64,000 nucleotides of DNA, taken from NCBI GenBank assembly GCA_030608565.1, contig JAUWDY010000001.1, positions 104,238-168,237 of the forward strand, given 5' to 3'. The notes under the pieces were generated by a model. The model did not search any database and was not told the DNA's origin. It saw only the letters and a list, made by a program, of their open reading frames with translations. The DNA is from Candidatus Bathyarchaeota archaeon (GTDB lineage Archaea; Thermoproteota; Bathyarchaeia; Bathyarchaeales; Bathyarchaeaceae). Both the position numbers and the translations under genes were made by a program. Positions 1-8,808 of this stretch are shown here, piece by piece. Position 1 is the stretch's first letter. The number at the start of each line of letters is the position of its first letter.

Positions 1-334
1 TCTCGACCCTTTTCTGCGCCTTTATCCTCTTCAAAGCCTCTTCTCTTCCATAGAGAAGCGTTTGCGCGATAATCTGTTTGGGCTGTCTGACTGCGAAAAA
101 TATGGCTTTACCTGCGAAGTCGTGTTCTATCAGTTTATCAAGCTCTTCAGCTTTGAACCCGTAGAACTTCTTCGTGTAATCTCTCTTCGCAGTCTTTGCC
201 TTTGTCTTCCCATAATGCCTTTGAATCTTTAGCCTGTTCTCTATCGCTATTGCAGTGGTAGCGCCTTTTAACTCTACGTCCATTGAGACCCTTTCGAAAA
301 TCTTATGGAATTCGTAGCGTGAAACACTATCCAT
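1..334 (-). CDS. hypothetical protein, C-terminal part cut off by the window edge
   Basis: Hand translation of the minus strand from the ATG at 334-332 gives MDSVSRYEFHKIFERVSMDVELKGATTAIAIENRLKIQRHYGKTKAKTAKRDY... and stays open to position 1. Its ATG overlaps the stop of the upstream 74-aa ORF (ATGGATAG), which suggests coupled translation. No family recognised. Confidence 0.4.
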   Translation of the reverse strand, partial: MDSVSRYEFHKIFERVSMDVELKGATTAIAIENRLKIQRHYGKTKAKTAKRDYTKKFYGFKAEELDKLIEHDFAGKAIFFAVRQPKQIIAQTLLYGREEALKRIKAQKRVE

Positions 335-551
335 TTTTATCACCAACGAACTCGTAAATCAAAGTGTATTTTCGGTTGCCATCCAAGACCTCGGTAGCTT
401 CCTTGAGATTAACTACAAAGCGCTGATGCTTAACCACGACACTCAGCACTTTGCCCGATTTGCTGAGAGTTAAGTATCCACAATCGACCCAGGAGCGTTT
501 CTTTTCTGGTGATTGCTGTTTTTCTTTATTCTTCTGCCATGGTTTGCTCAT
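327..551 (-). CDS. small hypothetical protein (74 aa), lysine-rich N-terminus
   Basis: ORF track. It sits between the ParB-like gene and the edge ORF on the same strand with overlapping stop/start. No recognisable domain. Confidence 0.45.
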   Translation of the reverse strand: MSKPWQKNKEKQQSPEKKRSWVDCGYLTLSKSGKVLSVVVKHQRFVVNLKEATEVLDGNRKYTLIYEFVGDKNG

Positions 552-607
552 TCACTATTCCTCCTTTTCCTGCAAACTGAGACATCGATGTCTTAGTTTG
601 CATAATT

Positions 608-1516
608 TCACCCTCTCGCATCAAGCCCTAAAGGCTTGAGGCCCATTTTCCTTCTCACCGTGTTAATTTCTTCCAGCCTTTTCTGCTGTACGTAATCCAT
701 AAAAGGACGTCCACCACTGGTACTGGATATACTGGTACGTATCCCACTGGTTCGTATTCTTTGATTGCAGCCGGGGCACACGTTCATCCGGCCCATGTTC
801 TCTTTTGGAAAGCTTTTTCCACAAACGTCGCAGGCCTTGAACGCATGGTAAGTGCCGCTTATTATTGCCTGAACGTATGATGCTGTTTCTCTGGAGCTCA
901 TGTTCTGAGCTTTCTCAGAAACCCGCGGTATCAAATGCTCTTTCTCTGTTCCTAAAAGCTTGCATATCTCTATGGCATTACTGTATTTCAGTTTCCCTTT
1001 GCCAATGTTCTCTTTAACTGAAGATGGGAGTTCAAGGAGCCTTATGTGCCGTTTAATTGTTTTCAAGTCTTCTCCGGTTGCTTTCGAAACGTCATGCAGC
1101 ACGCTTTTGTGTCCCCGCCCGCCTTTTAGTGCAAAGCTGGACAACGTTGTCCTAGTTTGCATAGTTTCAGCCATTTTCTTCAAATGCCGTGCCTTATCAA
1201 TAGTATTATACCATTCATGAGTCCTGTTAGCCTTATATCCCTCAGCCAGGGCTTGTTCCCTAGGTATGTCTTCCAGTACCACAGGGACAGTGTCCAGTCC
1301 CAAGGATATACACACTTTCAGTCTGTGTATTCCATCAAATACAATGTATCTCTTCCTCTTCAAGTCCCACAGTGCCCTTAATGGATAAGCAGGGTTGTAG
1401 CCGTCAGCTGAAATTACTCTTTTGAGATAATGAAAGCTTGATTGACTGTAGAATTCTCTCTCAAGCTCAGGCATGGGTTCGCATTCTTCAGGGTCCACCA
1501 TTCTTACTTTAGCCAT
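608..1516 (-). CDS. ParB-like N-terminal (nuclease/sulfiredoxin-fold) domain protein with C-terminal zinc ribbon
   Basis: 302-aa ORF. The motif YIVFDGIHRLKV resembles the ParB N-domain DGxHR box. The C-terminus carries CDVCGKSF...CPGCNQ (C4 ribbon). Confidence 0.65.
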   Translation of the reverse strand: MAKVRMVDPEECEPMPELEREFYSQSSFHYLKRVISADGYNPAYPLRALWDLKRKRYIVFDGIHRLKVCISLGLDTVPVVLEDIPREQALAEGYKANRTHEWYNTIDKARHLKKMAETMQTRTTLSSFALKGGRGHKSVLHDVSKATGEDLKTIKRHIRLLELPSSVKENIGKGKLKYSNAIEICKLLGTEKEHLIPRVSEKAQNMSSRETASYVQAIISGTYHAFKACDVCGKSFPKENMGRMNVCPGCNQRIRTSGIRTSISSTSGGRPFMDYVQQKRLEEINTVRRKMGLKPLGLDARG

Positions 1517-1539
1517 TCATTGCCATCTACCCTTCTAGG

Positions 1540-1716
1540 TTATTCCTCCGGGTGTATTCTGGACGGCTTGCGGCCTTTCTTCTTTGCCCAACCCCAATGT
1601 CCATCTCTCTTTACGTAGGTTAGCCCTCTAGCATAGTACCTCTTTCGCCATTCAGCACACCTTTTCCTCTGCCATTCCCGGGTGGCCTTGGGTCTTAGCT
1701 TCTTTTTCTTTCTCAT
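1540..1716 (-). CDS. very basic 58-aa protein (possible nucleic-acid binder)
   Basis: Found by hand and below the ORF-track cutoff: MRKKKKLRPKATREWQRKRCAEWRKRYYARGLTYVKRDGHWGWAKKKGRKPSRIHPEE. It lies directly upstream of the ParB-like gene on the same strand. Confidence 0.3.
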   Translation of the reverse strand: MRKKKKLRPKATREWQRKRCAEWRKRYYARGLTYVKRDGHWGWAKKKGRKPSRIHPEE

Positions 1717-1923
1717 GCTATACCCAGCTATAGGCTGCTATAGCTTTCCATCTAGCATAAGTCGTATAAAAGGATTTGTCTACTATTCTTCTAGAAGTAT
1801 CTTCTACTCATTGAAAATAAGCACTTCCGTGCATCAATGGTTGTATGTTAATGTTAAGATGGTTGTGCTGGTTGTCTGAGTAAACATCTACAACCACCAA
1901 CAACCATTTCCGACCTGAGAACA

Positions 1924-2292
1924 CTAACCTTTCCTTTTTGCACCACAATTAGGGCAGAACAAGGATGTTTGAGGCATTAGGCTTCCACAGTGGCTGCAGG
2001 TTATCATAACAACCTCTTTGGTTATGACTTCTTTCTGAACAATAGAAGCTTCCTTTTTCGCACGATATCTTCGAATCTCTTGAAGACCTAAAGCCATACC
2101 TAGAAGAACAATTCCAATGGTAACTAGATTTACGAAAGGGGTTTTGTGTAGCCCCTCAGGATATGCCCCCACCATGTATCCTTGGACACACATCATGGCC
2201 TGATAAATGTACCACGAACCAACAACTATCAAAGGCAATTGAGCAATGGTTATGTCTACATTTTTCATTTTTTTCCCTCGATTATTCTCCAA
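1924..2292 (-). CDS. membrane protein with C-terminal zinc-ribbon
   Basis: 122-aa ORF with two hydrophobic segments and CSHCGSLMPQTSLFCPNCG at the C-terminus. Confidence 0.55.
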   Translation of the reverse strand: MENNRGKKMKNVDITIAQLPLIVVGSWYIYQAMMCVQGYMVGAYPEGLHKTPFVNLVTIGIVLLGMALGLQEIRRYRAKKEASIVQKEVITKEVVMITCSHCGSLMPQTSLFCPNCGAKRKG

Positions 2293-2433
2293 GTCATCTT
2301 TATTTCAAACATATAATTTATGAATTTGAAAATAGGATTGCCAATATTTCCGAGAGTCGAGAGAGAGTTGGGTATTCTGTTGGTTTTACTCTGGTGTACT
2401 CTTATGGGGTTACACTGGAGTGAAATTCTACCC

Positions 2434-2455
2434 GGTTGGTTGGTTGGTTGGTTGG
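2434..2455. repeat. (GGTT)5 tetranucleotide microsatellite
   Basis: Read directly: ggttggttggttggttggttgg in the intergenic region. Confidence 0.9.
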
Positions 2456-2623
2456 ATAAAAATTTAATTCCTTCCTTCCAATATCATACATTGCATTTGA
2501 CTAGATCATATTATAATATACCATAATCCTGAAAGATGCATGCATGCATTAACTTTTTTGAAAAAAAGGAGGATAGAAGGGTTTGTTAAGAGCAGTTGGA
2601 GTGCTGCTTAGCGTTTATGGGAT

Positions 2624-3073
2624 TTAGCCGTTAAGCGCTTTGGTTATTTTGACCGAGGAGCTTCCCCAGAAGATGGCGCCCCCCCATGTCTCACCTACAA
2701 GGCAGCCCGCCATGAAGTGGTTACCTCGTGTGGCATACGCGCTCCAGTCGCACTCTTGCGTGACAAAGTACAATACCATGTCTAGGTCGCCATCGCTATC
2801 GTAGTCCTCCATCGCCCAGCGCAATGGCGAAGCACCTAGAAACCCTACTGTCACAGGGTCAACTGTGGAAGCATCGAAACTGTCAGTTGTCTTTATAGCC
2901 ACTGGCGTGTTTCCCATGGAATTTGGGTTAATGGCATTCGGACAGCTCAGCGGTTTGACGTCGATCGCAATCTCCCCAGTGGGAGCCATGACTGGCACAG
3001 CCAACAGCAACGTTGAAAGCACCAGAAGTGCAATTCCAATTAGTTTTTTCATTCTTCTTTCTCCCTTATCCAA
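2624..3073 (-). CDS. secreted hypothetical protein with one FG-GAP/dockerin-like Asp-rich calcium-binding motif
   Basis: 149-aa ORF. Signal-peptide-like N-terminus MKKLIGIALLVLSTLLLAVPVMA. DYDSDGDLDMVLYF motif. Confidence 0.6.
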   Translation of the reverse strand: MDKGERRMKKLIGIALLVLSTLLLAVPVMAPTGEIAIDVKPLSCPNAINPNSMGNTPVAIKTTDSFDASTVDPVTVGFLGASPLRWAMEDYDSDGDLDMVLYFVTQECDWSAYATRGNHFMAGCLVGETWGGAIFWGSSSVKITKALNG

Positions 3074-3319
3074 AAAATATATGCATCATGTAAATAAAGA
3101 CTAATGGAAGTCTATTCTATAGTATAATGCATATATGCATGCATAGCGGGGAAACGGAATGTGGATAAAATGAGTTTTTAACTCATCTCTGTGTTCACCA
3201 AATACAGAAATCCGTTCGTTAATCTTTTAAGGGAGAACCGCTATCGTGGAGGAGGATGCACATGTATCGTAGAACCTTCCGGAAAACAAAACGGAAACTA
3301 ACCTGTGAGGGTGTAAACA

Positions 3320-4576
3320 TTGAGTCAAAAAGAGGACAAGCCACGTTTCGGCTTCATGACACGCAATTACTTAGTGCTAACCCTCACATCAACACTATGG
3401 GGAATCCCCACAAGCATCTGTAACACCTACTTCTCTCTATACGTCTTCGGACTAGGCGGAACAGAAATAACCATAGGCTTAATCACAGCCCTAGGAAGCA
3501 CCGCTTTTGTCATATCCGCAATCATAGGCGGTCACATAGCTGATCTGTACGGCAGAAAGAAAATAATCAGCATAATGACCATAGTCCTCGGGTTAAGTCA
3601 ATTCCTGGTAGCATTTGCACCCAACTGGCAATTTCTAACCCTCGCCATGATTATAGTAAACATATGCTTCGTATTTGAACCCGCATTCTGGGCGATACTA
3701 GCAGACTCCATAAACGAACAGAAAAGAGGAACAGCCTTCGCACTCTACAGTTGCCTAAGTTTCCTTCCATGGGCCATAATGCCTTCCATCGGCGGCTACT
3801 TAATCGACATTCACGGCATTCTAGCCCCAATGCAGTGGACTTACGTTTGCTTGGCTATAGTAGGCGTAGCTGCTGGAATAATACGATTGTTTATGCTTAC
3901 AGAAACGATTTCTCCCCAGAATAGAAAAGCTGGTGGGCAATATAGCCTTAAAGAATTAGGCAAACTCGTGAAAGATGCTTTCAAAGGACACTTGCAAACG
4001 TGGTCGTGGATGCCCCGCTCGGCTCTTGCCTTAGCAGCTATCTATATTCTATGGGCATTCGAATACGGTTTGGTCGAACCTTACTGGATAGTTTACGCTA
4101 CAAAGGTAATCGGTGTCACATCTACACAATGGGGCATCATCATAGGTTTAGGAAGTGCAATCAGCATTGTATCAAAGATACTCATAGTCGGCAAGCTACT
4201 AGACAAATTCAGCCGAAGAAAAATCTTGTTAGCAACAACAGCCTTAGACATATTCACTTACCTGCTCTTCATACGTTGCGGCATGTACATACAAGTCCTA
4301 ACCCTCTGGATCGCAAGTTCCTTCATATGGTCCTTCTACGAACCCACATATTCATCATTAGAAGCAGACATAATCCCAGAAGAAAGAAGAGGAAGAGTAT
4401 TCGCTGCTTTCGGCGTTGCTTGGTCAGCCTTCAGCGTTCCAGCAAGTCTCCTAGGCGGATTCATTTATGAGCAAGTCAACCCTGAACTATCCTTCATCAT
4501 GGCATCAATTGGCATTATACTATGTTTTATTCTGACCGCACTATTCATCAAACAACCACAACACAATAAAAAGTAA
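3320..4576 (+). CDS. MFS transporter
   Basis: 418-aa ORF (TTG start) with about 12 hydrophobic helices and an MFS-like loop motif GHIADLYGRKK after TM2. Confidence 0.8.
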   Translation: MSQKEDKPRFGFMTRNYLVLTLTSTLWGIPTSICNTYFSLYVFGLGGTEITIGLITALGSTAFVISAIIGGHIADLYGRKKIISIMTIVLGLSQFLVAFAPNWQFLTLAMIIVNICFVFEPAFWAILADSINEQKRGTAFALYSCLSFLPWAIMPSIGGYLIDIHGILAPMQWTYVCLAIVGVAAGIIRLFMLTETISPQNRKAGGQYSLKELGKLVKDAFKGHLQTWSWMPRSALALAAIYILWAFEYGLVEPYWIVYATKVIGVTSTQWGIIIGLGSAISIVSKILIVGKLLDKFSRRKILLATTALDIFTYLLFIRCGMYIQVLTLWIASSFIWSFYEPTYSSLEADIIPEERRGRVFAAFGVAWSAFSVPASLLGGFIYEQVNPELSFIMASIGIILCFILTALFIKQPQHNKK

Positions 4577-4627
4577 ATGATGATAAGCACGACTAACGCA
4601 CACACAACTCAGCACGACAAAAAACAC

Positions 4628-5311
4628 TTAACAAATTACTGTCCCAACCTTTTTCCCTTTCACAGCCAACAACACATTTTTTGGTTTAAACCCGTTCACC
4701 ACAACCGTCTTCGTCCTACTCTTCCGAAGAACACGAACAGCCTCAGGATCCAAAATTTGATGTATCCCCGCCTTATGCTTATCCTCATCAAACAATCGAA
4801 ACAAATCGTCAAAACCAAGCCTATCAATCATTTTCGCATCCGGATGCTTCCTCGGATCCTTACCGTATATGCCATCTTGATCCGTGGCCTTCACCAACAA
4901 TTCAGCCTTCACCTTTTCAGCCACCAAAGCCGCCACCGCATCCGTAGTCATACCCGGCTTCAAACCACCCATAACAACAATCTTCCCATGCTTCAAACAC
5001 TCAACAGCCTCATCCAAAGAAACAGGCACAGAACCACAACTCAATTCACCTAAACGCATAACAAACAACAAAGCAACCAAACGGGAAACAAAAATCGCAA
5101 CCCAATCTCTACTCGACTCGTCTAACCCCAGCTCACCCGCAACCCTAATAAAATCACGCGCCAACACGCCGCCACCAACAACCGCAACAACCTCATGCTC
5201 CTGCTTTTTCAAATTCTTCAACAAATCCACATACTTGGCTATAAGCGGAGATTCCACTGGAGAGGCCACCACCGAACCGCCGACACGAACCACAACCCTC
5301 AACGAAACCAC
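4628..5311 (-). CDS. pyrH: uridylate (UMP) kinase, archaeal type
   Basis: 227 aa. Amino-acid-kinase fold signatures VVRVGGS, VVGGG, VMGGLKPGMTTDAVAALVA and ATDQDGIY. The length matches archaeal PyrH. Confidence 0.85.
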   Translation of the reverse strand: MVSLRVVVRVGGSVVASPVESPLIAKYVDLLKNLKKQEHEVVAVVGGGVLARDFIRVAGELGLDESSRDWVAIFVSRLVALLFVMRLGELSCGSVPVSLDEAVECLKHGKIVVMGGLKPGMTTDAVAALVAEKVKAELLVKATDQDGIYGKDPRKHPDAKMIDRLGFDDLFRLFDEDKHKAGIHQILDPEAVRVLRKSRTKTVVVNGFKPKNVLLAVKGKKVGTVIC

Positions 5312-5484
5312 CGTACCACCTAATGTTCGTAATAGAGCATAAATAAAACTCTCCCTGCTACTCTCCTATATGTCCCTGTGTCGCCATCTGTACATCTGAG
5401 CACCCGTACTCTAACTCACATAAAACAGAAACAAAAAAATCGTCACAAACCCAAATAACAAGTCCAAATCCCAGAGAGATAAAA

Positions 5485-6330
5485 ATGACCCAGCTCGAAC
5501 TCATCTTCCTAGGAACCGGAGGCGGAAGATTTGTAACCATCACCCAAAAAAGAAGAACCGCTGGAATCCGCATACTCTCCGAAAAACTGAACATACACCT
5601 AGACCCAGGACCCGGTGCTCTTGTACATTCGTTGAACATGGGGTTGAACCCTCAAAAAATCCGAGCAATACTAGTTTCCCACAGTCACCCAGACCACTAC
5701 ACCGACGCAGAAGTTCTCGTCGAAGCCATGACCCAAGGAACGACCAAAAGAAGAGGAATTTTAGCCGCACCCCACAGCGTCCTATTTGGCAATGAAACGT
5801 GTGGACCAGTGGTTTCAAAATATCATCAGCAGATGCCCGAGAACGTGATAGAGTTGAAAACAGGCGTTAATTTCAATATTAGCGACATAAAGATTACAGC
5901 TACTGAGGCTAGACACACGGATCCAGACACCGTGGGGTTTCGACTAGAAAACCGAGATTTCGGAGACATCGCTTACAGCTCTGACACCGAGTTCTTCGAA
6001 GGCGTTGGAAAACAGTACAAAGGGGTTCGACTCCTGTTGTTGTGTGTTATGAGACCTTCTGGAAAGCCTTGGAAAGGACACATGACCACTGATGATGCAA
6101 TCAAAATTGTAGAGGAGGCTGGTCCAGAGATGATTGTGATGACACACTTCGGAATGCAGATGATCTTCAGTGGGCCTTATCGCGAGGCGAAACTAATTGA
6201 ACAAAGAACTGGAGTTCCTACCACAGTGGCTTCGGATGGAATGCGTATAAGCGTGGGTGAGGAAATTCGGGTGCGGAGGATGGAGAGAAAACAGAAAGGT
6301 TTAGACGATTTTGTGAAATCGAGGAAATAA
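5485..6330 (+). CDS. MBL-fold metallo-hydrolase
   Basis: 281 aa. FLGTGGG near the N-terminus and the HxHxDH motif as VSHSHPDHY. Confidence 0.8.
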   Translation: MTQLELIFLGTGGGRFVTITQKRRTAGIRILSEKLNIHLDPGPGALVHSLNMGLNPQKIRAILVSHSHPDHYTDAEVLVEAMTQGTTKRRGILAAPHSVLFGNETCGPVVSKYHQQMPENVIELKTGVNFNISDIKITATEARHTDPDTVGFRLENRDFGDIAYSSDTEFFEGVGKQYKGVRLLLLCVMRPSGKPWKGHMTTDDAIKIVEEAGPEMIVMTHFGMQMIFSGPYREAKLIEQRTGVPTTVASDGMRISVGEEIRVRRMERKQKGLDDFVKSRK

Positions 6331-6380
6331 AATTTCACGAAGACCCTAGGTAAGGGGACGTCTAATGGTGGGGTGGCTGT

Positions 6381-6896
6381 TTAAAGGTATATGTCTATGA
6401 GTTTTCTTTTGATTAGTATGTAGATGACGATTGCGCTGATTATGAATTCGCCGACGAGGTATGTGCCATTGTATAAGGCTGAGGCAATTGCCCCCTCTAT
6501 GGTAGGAGATGTAAAGAAAAACATGCCAGACAAGAAGGAACAAATGAACCTACCAGCTATTCCGACCCCAACGCCAACTAACGGGTATCTTTTGAAGAAC
6601 CCTGCTAGGCCTAAGGCTGCAAAAGCCACGGGATAATCAAGCAAGCCCTGAACTGGATTAATAACATAGCCACCAAGCGACATGTGAACCAACCCATAGA
6701 TAACCCCAGCAAAAACTCCAAAGCGAAAACCTCTTCTCAGAGTAAACCAAATAAGCGGGACTAAACCCGCGATCGTGATGGACCCTCCTTGAGGAAGATG
6801 GTAGATTGGTGGTAAAACATCCTTCAGAATGATACTTAAAGCGACAATAACTGACAATTCTGTCAGTACTTTGGTTGGAAATCTTCTTTCTTTCAC
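6381..6896 (-). CDS. thiT: thiamine transporter ThiT (ECF S-component-like)
   Basis: 171-aa polytopic membrane ORF (GTG start) that looks ThiT/YuaJ-like. It is immediately preceded by a TPP riboswitch. Confidence 0.7.
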   Translation of the reverse strand: MKERRFPTKVLTELSVIVALSIILKDVLPPIYHLPQGGSITIAGLVPLIWFTLRRGFRFGVFAGVIYGLVHMSLGGYVINPVQGLLDYPVAFAALGLAGFFKRYPLVGVGVGIAGRFICSFLSGMFFFTSPTIEGAIASALYNGTYLVGEFIISAIVIYILIKRKLIDIYL

Positions 6897-6899
6897 ATT

Positions 6900-6990
6900 T
6901 TTTCCCTCCGCCAGTATTATCTGGATCAGGTTCTAAGGGTCGACGGCGCGTTTTGCCGTCCTCTCAGCTGGGTCTTGCCCCTAGCTCCCC
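6900..6990 (-). promoter_or_regulatory. TPP (THI-box) riboswitch
   Basis: The minus strand reads CTAGGGGCAAGACCCAGCTGAGAGGACGGCAAAACGCGCCGTCGACCCTTAGAACCTGATCCAGATAATACTGGCGGAGGGA. This matches the conserved GGGG...CUGAGA...ACCCUUUGAACCUGAUCUGGAUAAUGCCAGCGUAGGGA core. The 3' GGAGGGA lies 6-7 nt before the thiT GTG. Confidence 0.85.
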
Positions 6991-7164
6991 TCTTTTCTGA
7001 CAGATGTTGTGTGAGTGACTAGTTGTGTTTATAATTGTTGCGGTTTAGTGCGCGTGTACGTGAGGGTGTCTACCCCTAGTCTATGCAATTCAATTAAGCC
7101 TCTAATACGACTAGTTGTTTTGGAAAGGATTAATAAGAAAGATGCGAAAGTTTCGTTGAAAAGA

Positions 7165-7269
7165 GCGGCGGTAGCGAAGCCAGGTCAAACGCGGAGGACT
7201 CAAGATCATGGTTGATGAGCTATCCTCTCCTGTAGGGGTTCGCCGGTTCGAATCCGGCCCGCCGCACCA
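7165..7269 (+). tRNA. tRNA-Leu(CAA) with a 17-nt canonical-position intron (7205-7221), encoded CCA
   Basis: Acceptor GCGGCGG/CCGCCGC. Anticodon stem GAGGA/TCCTC with loop CTCAAG|intron|A. Class II variable arm TCCTGTAGGGGTTC. T arm GCCGG-TTCGAAT-CCGGC, followed by A73 and CCA. Confidence 0.85.
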
Positions 7270-7313
7270 AGCTTCGTTAAATATAAACCCACGAATCAGG
7301 TCGGAGGGATACC

Positions 7314-8000
7314 ATGAACAAATGTCTACAGATCATGAAGAAAATGATGAAGGACGCCTCGCTGTACATGGACTTGATCGAGACGGAGAATAGTGAAATC
7401 CGAGTTTGCGTGGAACTTTCCGACACAGGTGAATCCGCAACATTAGTTCTGGGAGAAGAAAATAAGGTTCTTGAAGGCTCTGTGAAACCTGACGGTAAGA
7501 TAGTGATGAAGAGAAGAGTGCTGGAAAGTATTGCTCAAGGAAAGGCAGACGCCTTCGCGCTTGCGGGTAGAGGCAGAGCAGATGAGGTGAGACCCATAGA
7601 ATTCGAAATCTACACTAAAGAACGCTCAAAAGAGATTTGGGAAACAGGAAAAGCACTCCTAACCTATTTCTTTACTCCCGGAAAAATCAAAGTCAAGAAT
7701 CTCAATCTCGAACTAGCTGGTTATGCTCATGGAGCTCACCCAATTCCGTTGGTATATTGGAATGGAATACGTTACAGCTGGATTCTTGTTAAACGCGGAG
7801 AGATTCTAAACAAGAAAAAAGAGAAAGACCCGTGGCCTCAGAGCTTTATCATTCTGGAGGGAAAAGGAAAAGCAATTGTGGGAGAGGAAACATTCGAAAT
7901 AAAGCCTGAAACCGTGATATACATTCCAAGAAATAGTATACATCAAATAATTGCCGAAGAAGACGTAAAAATGATTTGGCTAGCTTGGCAAGCTTGGTAG
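7314..8000 (+). CDS. two-domain protein: SCP2-like N-terminal region plus C-terminal cupin
   Basis: 228-aa ORF. The C-terminus ILEGKGKAIVGEETFEIKPETVIYIPRNSIHQI looks like a cupin barrel. The N-terminal KADAFALAGRG segment resembles SCP2 sterol-carrier-like domains. Confidence 0.55.
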   Translation: MNKCLQIMKKMMKDASLYMDLIETENSEIRVCVELSDTGESATLVLGEENKVLEGSVKPDGKIVMKRRVLESIAQGKADAFALAGRGRADEVRPIEFEIYTKERSKEIWETGKALLTYFFTPGKIKVKNLNLELAGYAHGAHPIPLVYWNGIRYSWILVKRGEILNKKKEKDPWPQSFIILEGKGKAIVGEETFEIKPETVIYIPRNSIHQIIAEEDVKMIWLAWQAW

Positions 8001-8008
8001 CTAATAGT

Positions 8009-8067
8009 AAGAACTCAAGATTCGTCCCAAATGGGGCATGTGGGTTCGAATCCCAGCCGTCGCGCCA
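8009..8067 (+). pseudogene. degenerate 3' portion of a class II tRNA-Leu(CAA)-like gene (no 5' acceptor or proper D arm found)
   Basis: AAGAA-CTCAAGA-TTCGT (one stem mismatch). Variable hairpin CCCAAATGGG. T arm GTGGG-TTCGAAT-CCCAG (one mismatch). Acceptor 3' strand CCGTCGC, then G and CCA. No matching 5' strand upstream. Confidence 0.45.
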
Positions 8068-8079
8068 TAAAATAATGTC

Positions 8080-8805
8080 TCAGAGTTTCTTCGAAACTAT
8101 TTCTTCCACGCTTTGCGCGAACTCGGTTTCCAATAGCTTCTTTACGTCTCCCATCGAGTCCTCAAGCTTATAGTCGAAGTTTATCCCCCCCAAAAAAGGT
8201 GCGGCAAGTCTTTCAACCTGCTCTCGGATGAACGGTGAATCTCTCATCTTCATGTTCTCGACGACGCCTACGATGGGCACCTTCAAGTCCTTTAACAGTT
8301 GTATCAATTTTCTGACGGTTTCAAACGCTACCTTAGAAGGAGTTGTCACAATAAGAAAGTTGATTCCATTGACGAATCTGATCATGTCCAAGGTCGCGTC
8401 TCCAATGCCCGGAGGCATATCAATAACCAGAAAATCCAGTGAGCCCCACTGAGTAATAGCGAATAGCTCTATTATCGCGTTGGAGATGTCAACACCTCTC
8501 AGTGGTGAAGGTTCGTCACGAGCATAGTAAACAATCGACATGTATCTTAGGCCGTGAGCTTCAGGCGGGATAATCCCTTTCTCCTCCTTCGGAAATAGCC
8601 CCTCAATGCTCAGTATTACGTGTGTGGAGGGACAGGAGAAATCTAGGTCAAGCAACCCCACTTTGTAACCTCTTCTCGACAGAGCGAGTGCCAAAGTGGA
8701 TGCGATCATGCTCTTGCCCACGCCTCCTTTGCCGCTGGAGACCGCTATTATCTTCCCTATTTTTGAGAGTCGTTCATTGATGATGTTTAGTCTGGGGTCA
8801 ACCAT
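8080..8805 (-). CDS. Mrp/MinD (NBP35/ApbC) family P-loop ATPase, possibly an ATPase-type HypB
   Basis: 241 aa. Deviant Walker A SGKGGVGKS. Located 4 nt downstream of hypA on the same strand. Confidence 0.75.
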   Translation of the reverse strand: MVDPRLNIINERLSKIGKIIAVSSGKGGVGKSMIASTLALALSRRGYKVGLLDLDFSCPSTHVILSIEGLFPKEEKGIIPPEAHGLRYMSIVYYARDEPSPLRGVDISNAIIELFAITQWGSLDFLVIDMPPGIGDATLDMIRFVNGINFLIVTTPSKVAFETVRKLIQLLKDLKVPIVGVVENMKMRDSPFIREQVERLAAPFLGGINFDYKLEDSMGDVKKLLETEFAQSVEEIVSKKL

Positions 8806-8808
8806 AGA

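Noticed and set aside
4577-5342. Two plus-strand ORFs (158 and 152 aa) opposite pyrH
   Set aside because: The translations are low-complexity (Thr/Pro/His-rich), whereas the minus strand encodes a well-conserved UMP kinase.
7976-8173. 65-aa ORF overlapping the tRNA-Leu-like fragment and the 3' end of the Mrp ATPase gene
   Set aside because: It overlaps two better-supported features and has no recognisable protein features.
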